Shown one piece after another: positions 59,335 to 64,000 of a DNA stretch of 64,000 bases. This DNA comes from Anaerolineae bacterium (GTDB taxonomy: Bacteria > Chloroflexota > Anaerolineae > Epilineales > Epilineaceae). The notes under the pieces were generated by a model. The model had not been told where the DNA came from. It saw nothing but the letters and a program-made list of their open reading frames with translations, and searched no databases. Where the stretch lies: NCBI GenBank assembly GCA_034432155.1, contig DAOUCP010000113.1:40-64039 (forward strand), given 5' to 3'. The position numbers were made by a program, and so were the translations under genes. How positions within the stretch are numbered: the stretch's first letter is position 1; each line of letters starts with the position of its first letter.

Positions 59335-61683
59335 TCAGTCGCGCTGAGCCACCGGCACGTACAGATACCACACCGCACCCGCTGGATCGACCGTGCCGTA
59401 TGCGAAGAGCCCCGCCGACGTGGCCAACCAGACGGTCCCATCCACGCCGATCGCCAGGTCGCGGACCAGCGCCCCCTCGGGCAAGCCGATCTCGGCGGCT
59501 TGGAACGCGTCGATCCACAAGCCGGCCGGGTTCTGGGCCGCCAGGATGCCACGGGCCGAGGCAAGCCACCGCTCGCCGTCCGGGCCATAGGCGGCCGCTG
59601 CCACCCAGTCATCGCCCACGCCGTTTGGGAAGAGCGGCGAGTTCGACAGGTCGATCACCGCTGCCCAGGTCTCGCCGGCGAACTGATTCTCGTACACGTG
59701 GGTGCTCACGGTGCGGCGGCTCGCCGGATCGAGGCTGTGGCGCTCCACCCACGTGAAGACCACCGGCCGACCGTCCGGCCGCAAGCAAGCCGCGGTTGCG
59801 TGTCCGCCGGTGCGGTAGCGCGGCGACATGGCGACGTCCAGAAGAACGGGGAAGGGCACGCCACTTACCTGTGGCAGTGGATAGAGGGCCCGATGCCCCA
59901 CAGCCCAACCACCGCTCGGTGCGCCGGCGGGTGCTGGGTTGGCGAGCAGCCGGACGGACGGCACACCCCGCCTCAGGGCCGTGGGATCGACATCCAAGAT
60001 CAGGTCGCCTTGCAGGTGCCGGCCGGCCACATAGGGCCGCAGGCCAGCGATCCTGCAGGGGGCGATGCCGGTACAGCGGACCGTAGTCTCGACTGGCACC
60101 CGTGCGATGCCGGTCCGATCCACGAGCACCTCTTGGTGCAGTCGGACGCGACCGTCCGGTGACCACTCGTCGGCTCCCTCGACGCGCCAGCTCTGACCAT
60201 CGAAGTATTCGGCACCGATCCAAACATCGCCTCGCTCGTTGAATGCCCAGAAGCCCTCCAGGACCCCCAAGCGCCGAACGTCCTGGCTCTGCCGCATCAC
60301 CGCCTGGCGCAAGTCGGCATAGAGGCGCCACGGGCCGTGCGCCAGGGCGGCTACCACGCCATCCGGCCGGCGTTCGCCAAGGTAGACTCGCACCCACGCC
60401 GTGCCGTCGGCATCGGTGCTCACGCGCCGGACATCGTCGGACGCGAGCGGGGCGTTGGCACGGCTAAAATGCCGCCAGCTTCGACCAGGAAGACGTGTGG
60501 GGAAGGCCGTCGGCATCGGTGATGGCATGACGGCAGTCGGTGTGCCAGTTGGTGGGGCGGTGGGCGAGGCCGTCGGCGATCGTGTTCCCGTAGGCGTCGA
60601 CGTGGCGGTCGCTACCATGGCCGTGCCCGTCAAGGTGCTGGTTGGAGTCCACAGTCCGGTGGCCGTCGCCGTACCGGGCTGGGTGGGCGTGGGCAGCACC
60701 GGTTGCGGCATGGCGAGAGCGATCCGCTGTGCCTTCCAGGAAGCAGTGAAGACGCCGAGTAGCTGCAGGTCCGCTGGATCGCTGGCATCCACAACCTCGA
60801 GCCCGCCATCCAAGCGGGCCACGAAGACGCGCTGCCCCTCGCCGGCAACGTCCACGAAGTCGCCCGGAAGAGAGCCGATCACAGAGGGCATCACCGGATC
60901 GCTGTCGTCCACGGCGCTCAGACCTCCCGGCTCGGAGCCGCTTGCCGTGGCCGCGACGTACGTCATGTCGGCAACGGCTACGGCGCGCATGTCGCCTGAC
61001 AGCGCGATCCCGCCGAGGCCAGCAGGCTGCGGCGGCTGCCGAATGTCGGCGATGGACAGGCCATGGATGGGCAGCCGACCCACGAGCAACAGCCATCGGT
61101 CGCGGATGGCCAGGTCCTCTGGGCGGCCGAGGAACAGACCCACTTGTTCGGGCTGGCTCGCATCCGCTACCCGGACCACCACCACCCCGAGAGCCCCGGC
61201 GAGGTAAGCGTAATAGCCGTCCGCCACCACCGCCGTGGCACCGAGCTGCAGCGTTCCCAGCACGGCCGGGGCCGTCGGGTCGGCCACATCGACCACGTGG
61301 AAGGACGTGGGGCTGACGAGGTACGCACGATCGCCAAACACGGCGACATCGGTGGCGTCTTCGGCGAGCGAACCGACGAGTTGCGGCGCCGTCGGATCGG
61401 TGACATCCACGATGGCCATACCGGCAGCGCCACGCGCGAGGTAGGCGTGCCCTTCCTGCACGACGACCGCCCGGGTGCCCGTCAGATCAGCGACGGCGCC
61501 CACCTCCACCGGTGCGGCGGGGTCGGATACGTCTACCACGCGCAGCCCATCCTCGCCAGCAGCCACAAACACGTGCGAAACAGGCTGTGCCTGACGCGAG
61601 GGCAACGCCTCGAAGAGGCCGATGGCGGCCACGCCACCGACCACCACCAGCGCGACGCGATGCGCGACACTTAGATCGTTCAC
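59335..61683 (-). CDS. Secreted LVIVD-repeat beta-propeller protein with Pro/Thr linker and second propeller-like (regulator-propeller) domain
   Basis: GLRVVDVSDP..P, GMAIVDVTDP, SFHVVDVADP etc.; LASDDVR..STDADG..W and VRDLAIG.DG.VWLAT..GL; ends YLYVPVAQRD. Confidence 0.85.
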   Translation of the reverse strand: MNDLSVAHRVALVVVGGVAAIGLFEALPSRQAQPVSHVFVAAGEDGLRVVDVSDPAAPVEVGAVADLTGTRAVVVQEGHAYLARGAAGMAIVDVTDPTAPQLVGSLAEDATDVAVFGDRAYLVSPTSFHVVDVADPTAPAVLGTLQLGATAVVADGYYAYLAGALGVVVVRVADASQPEQVGLFLGRPEDLAIRDRWLLLVGRLPIHGLSIADIRQPPQPAGLGGIALSGDMRAVAVADMTYVAATASGSEPGGLSAVDDSDPVMPSVIGSLPGDFVDVAGEGQRVFVARLDGGLEVVDASDPADLQLLGVFTASWKAQRIALAMPQPVLPTPTQPGTATATGLWTPTSTLTGTAMVATATSTPTGTRSPTASPTAPPTGTPTAVMPSPMPTAFPTRLPGRSWRHFSRANAPLASDDVRRVSTDADGTAWVRVYLGERRPDGVVAALAHGPWRLYADLRQAVMRQSQDVRRLGVLEGFWAFNERGDVWIGAEYFDGQSWRVEGADEWSPDGRVRLHQEVLVDRTGIARVPVETTVRCTGIAPCRIAGLRPYVAGRHLQGDLILDVDPTALRRGVPSVRLLANPAPAGAPSGGWAVGHRALYPLPQVSGVPFPVLLDVAMSPRYRTGGHATAACLRPDGRPVVFTWVERHSLDPASRRTVSTHVYENQFAGETWAAVIDLSNSPLFPNGVGDDWVAAAAYGPDGERWLASARGILAAQNPAGLWIDAFQAAEIGLPEGALVRDLAIGVDGTVWLATSAGLFAYGTVDPAGAVWYLYVPVAQRD

Positions 61684-61865
61684 CGGACGCCCCGCCTTCC
61701 TGGCCAAGATCTGGCTCCGCGATCCGAGCTTACACGCAGTGGAGCCTCGAATCAAGCCCCTGTGCCCAGACATTCGCGGACAAGGCAGCGCTGGGGGTAA
61801 GGCGCAAGGCCTCCAGCTTCGGGCCTGGATCGGGAATGGCATCTGCCGGATGGCGAAGGTGGGCT

Positions 61866-61990
61866 GGCGGCCTCGCGGCCGGAGCGCGAAGCTGGGGGTT
61901 GCGGCCCTGCAGCCGGAGCGCGAAGCCGTGGCTGTGGCCTCGCGGCCGGAGAGCGAAGGCGCGGTTGCGGCCTTCCAGCGGGATCGCGAG
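61866..61990. repeat. About four imperfect 33-bp tandem repeats (gcggcc....gccggagcgcgaag)
   Basis: Read directly at 61866-61990; upstream of the LVIVD gene. Confidence 0.6.
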
Positions 61991-62204
61991 CCTGTCAAGC
62001 GTCAGCTGGGAGGACTGCCCCAGCCTTCCTGTCCTGCACCGGTCATCGGCTGGACACGAGCCGAGTCCCCAATGAGAGTGCGCCCAGCTGGCGTCGTGCC
62101 GACACGACCAGAAGCTTGTGGCGCACGGGTGCCATGGCGCCGCCCAGGACCTCGCCACCATCCCCACCGCCACTCGCCGGCCGACGTGCCCCCCGGGCCT
62201 TCAG

Positions 62205-62583
62205 GCGCGTCGTCCGTAGACTGCTGATGAAGCAGGGGCGTGAGCTATCGCCCCTGTCTGCGGGCGCTGCGTGCGGGACGACTTCCCCCACGTCCGGATC
62301 CCGTACCGAACCACGACGGAGCTAGGGCTACGGGAGCGCTTCCACCAGACGTTCCAGGCGGAAGAGGTTTCCTTTCGTCTCTACGACGAGGCCGAGCACC
62401 TTCGACACTGCTTCGCCGAGTTTCCCAACCGCACCAACCCTGTCCGACCACACGGGGCACTCCGCCCGCGACGAGGTGATCCCTCGGCGCCGGCCGACGG
62501 GTAGGTGCACGGGCGGTAAATTCGAATCCCCCTGCGAGCCGCTGGGTAGCGCGTGCTGTCCAACCAACCCCGGGTTCCGCGCA
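62205..62583 (+). mobile_element. IS3-family transposase remnant (integrase core C-terminus) with possible right end
   Basis: HVRIPYRTTTELGLRERFHQTFQAEEVSFRLY...AEF..RTNPVRPHGALRP..GDP..PADG*VHG matches the IS3 rve C-terminal pattern; stops in frame; tgtcc...gca terminus near 62556-62583. Confidence 0.65.
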
Positions 62584-62618
62584 GGACCATGCGTTGCCCA
62601 TGCGCGGCTGGGACCGTC

Positions 62619-62770
62619 CCTTGACCCCGCGCACGAGCGGGGACTACGTAGCGGCGGCCGGGCTGCCCCGGCTTGACAGGCTTGACCCCCCGCACGAGCG
62701 GGGACGACTGGCGATCGCCAAGCTCGCCAAGCGGCTACGGCCTTGACCCCCCCGCACGAGCGGGGACTAC
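62619..62770 (-). CRISPR. Minimal CRISPR array: 3 repeats (29, 29, 30 bp), 2 spacers of 32 bp, type I-E-like; no cas genes in window
   Basis: Repeats 62619-62647, 62680-62708, 62741-62770; minus-strand consensus GT(A/C)GTCCCCGCTCGTGCGGGGGGTCAAG(G/C) with CCCCGC/GCGGGG stem; unique spacers; 61-bp period. Confidence 0.8.
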
Positions 62771-62868
62771 CATGGCCAGCGTGGGGTGTTCCGCTCTGTC
62801 TACTGCCCGCCAACTGCCCCGGCGTGCCCCCGCCGTGCGACAGATCGCTCCGCCATGGAGGTGCCCCC

Positions 62869-64000
62869 ATGTCCCCTCTCTGCGCCCGACGAGCCGTCCG
62901 CCGCCTGGTCGCTCTGGTCATCCCCGCCACCCTCGCCCTCACGACAGGCACCTCCACCCCGGAGGTGGCCGGGGCGCCACCGCCAACCCCGCCGGTGCGG
63001 CCCGACCGGGCCACGCCCATTGACGCCGCCAAGGCCACGCAGCGGTCCCCCGTGCTCGTCGCCGACGGCGACGGCAACCTTTATGCCATCTGGCAGGACT
63101 TCCGCGATCAGGGCGGCTCCCGGCTGCGCTTCGCCTTCCGACCGGCCGGCGGCGGCTGGCAACCCAGCCAGCGGGTCAGCCGCGACAACGTCTTTCAATG
63201 GCGCCCGACCCTGGCCATCGACGGCGGTGGCAACGTCTACGCCGCCTGGTTGGAGGACCGTGCGGACCAGGACAAGGTTTACTTCGCCTTTCGTCCGTCG
63301 GGCGGGGCGTGGGGCGAGGGCGAAGCCCTCACCCGCGGCCTGTCGCGACAGGAGGAGCAGGCGCGGCCGGCCCTGGCGGTGAACCGTCGTGGCGATGCCG
63401 TCCTCGCCTGGGCGCAGGGGTCAAACCAGACCAAGCAGCACGCCGTCTACGCCGCGATGCGTCCGGCCGGCGGTGACTGGGCAGCGGCCGAGCGTCTGGC
63501 AGAGTTCAGCGGCGAGCTGTGGCGGTTCGACGCGGACGTTGCCATCGACGACTGGGGGGGCGCGCACGTTCTCTGGAGTGCCGCGCCCGAGGGTCCACGG
63601 CTGTACGCCACCCGTGCGCCGGGTGGGCCGTGGACCACGCCGTTGGACGTACGCCAGGGCAGTGGCGGTGAGGTGGCAACACCTCGCCTCGCGCTCGACA
63701 GCGCGGGCAACGCCCACGCGGTGTGGCAGGAGGAGCGCGACGGCGATGTCGACATCTACGGCGCTTACCGGCCGGCCGGCGGGCCATGGAGCACCAGCCT
63801 CCGCATCAGCGACGATGGTGGCGGCAGGCTGCAGAGCGTGCCCGACATCGCAGTCGACGGCGCGGGCAACGCCATCGCGACGTGGACGGACGGGCGCCGG
63901 GGCATAGGGGATATGTACGCCTCCGTGCGCCCGCGCAGCGGCGGATGGAGTGCCAATGTGCTGTTCCTGCACTGGACGCCAGCGGCAGCGCAGTCGACCC
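62869..64000 (+). CDS. Secreted beta-propeller repeat protein (BNR/sialidase-like repeats), runs off the window end (absent from ORF track)
   Basis: GGAGG RBS before ATG 62869; signal peptide; repeats of P.(L/I)A.D..GN..A.W.D.R...(I/V)Y.A.RP.GG.W. Confidence 0.85.
   Translation, partial: MSPLCARRAVRRLVALVIPATLALTTGTSTPEVAGAPPPTPPVRPDRATPIDAAKATQRSPVLVADGDGNLYAIWQDFRDQGGSRLRFAFRPAGGGWQPSQRVSRDNVFQWRPTLAIDGGGNVYAAWLEDRADQDKVYFAFRPSGGAWGEGEALTRGLSRQEEQARPALAVNRRGDAVLAWAQGSNQTKQHAVYAAMRPAGGDWAAAERLAEFSGELWRFDADVAIDDWGGAHVLWSAAPEGPRLYATRAPGGPWTTPLDVRQGSGGEVATPRLALDSAGNAHAVWQEERDGDVDIYGAYRPAGGPWSTSLRISDDGGGRLQSVPDIAVDGAGNAIATWTDGRRGIGDMYASVRPRSGGWSANVLFLHWTPAAAQST

Noticed and set aside
62560-62590. 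Fourth, degenerate CRISPR repeat
   Set aside because: Only about half the positions match, the spacing is 57 rather than 61 bp, and the segment is better explained as the IS3 right end.

Overview
A high-GC (about 65-70% by eye) bacterial chromosomal window. It is most consistent with a Chloroflexota (Anaerolineae-like) genome, inferred from the MSMEG_4193/DUF3090/SCO1664 trio, a translin-like gene and many secreted Pro/Thr-linker proteins carrying YLP-type motifs. (1) About 3.2-16.3 kb is an accessory, partly decayed island downstream of a tRNA-Leu(UAA). It holds IS1634 and IS1380 remnants, a type III R-M locus (intact mod with an AT-rich TRD; res destroyed by a large deletion plus a frameshift) with an MntA/HepT toxin-antitoxin pair between mod and res, a low-GC pseudogene, a peroxiredoxin and a GyrI-like gene. 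(2) About 16.5-49 kb is mostly core genes: suhB, macro domain, META lipoprotein, hbd, RpoD-family sigma, obgE, a NadD-RdgB fusion, translin, OsmC, etfB-etfA-acyl-CoA dehydrogenase-pruA, cyclase and LCP. It also has two paralogous double-VWA surface proteins and an intact but catalytically degenerate HemC homologue. (3) About 49-64 kb is a cell-surface/glycosylation region: Cys-rich LysM protein, polyprenol-phosphate-mannose synthase plus a DUF2723 GT-C enzyme, and several large secreted proteins. It also has an orphan 3-repeat type I-E-like CRISPR array next to an IS3 remnant. All calls come from manual motif recognition; no database searches were run, and GC values are visual estimates.
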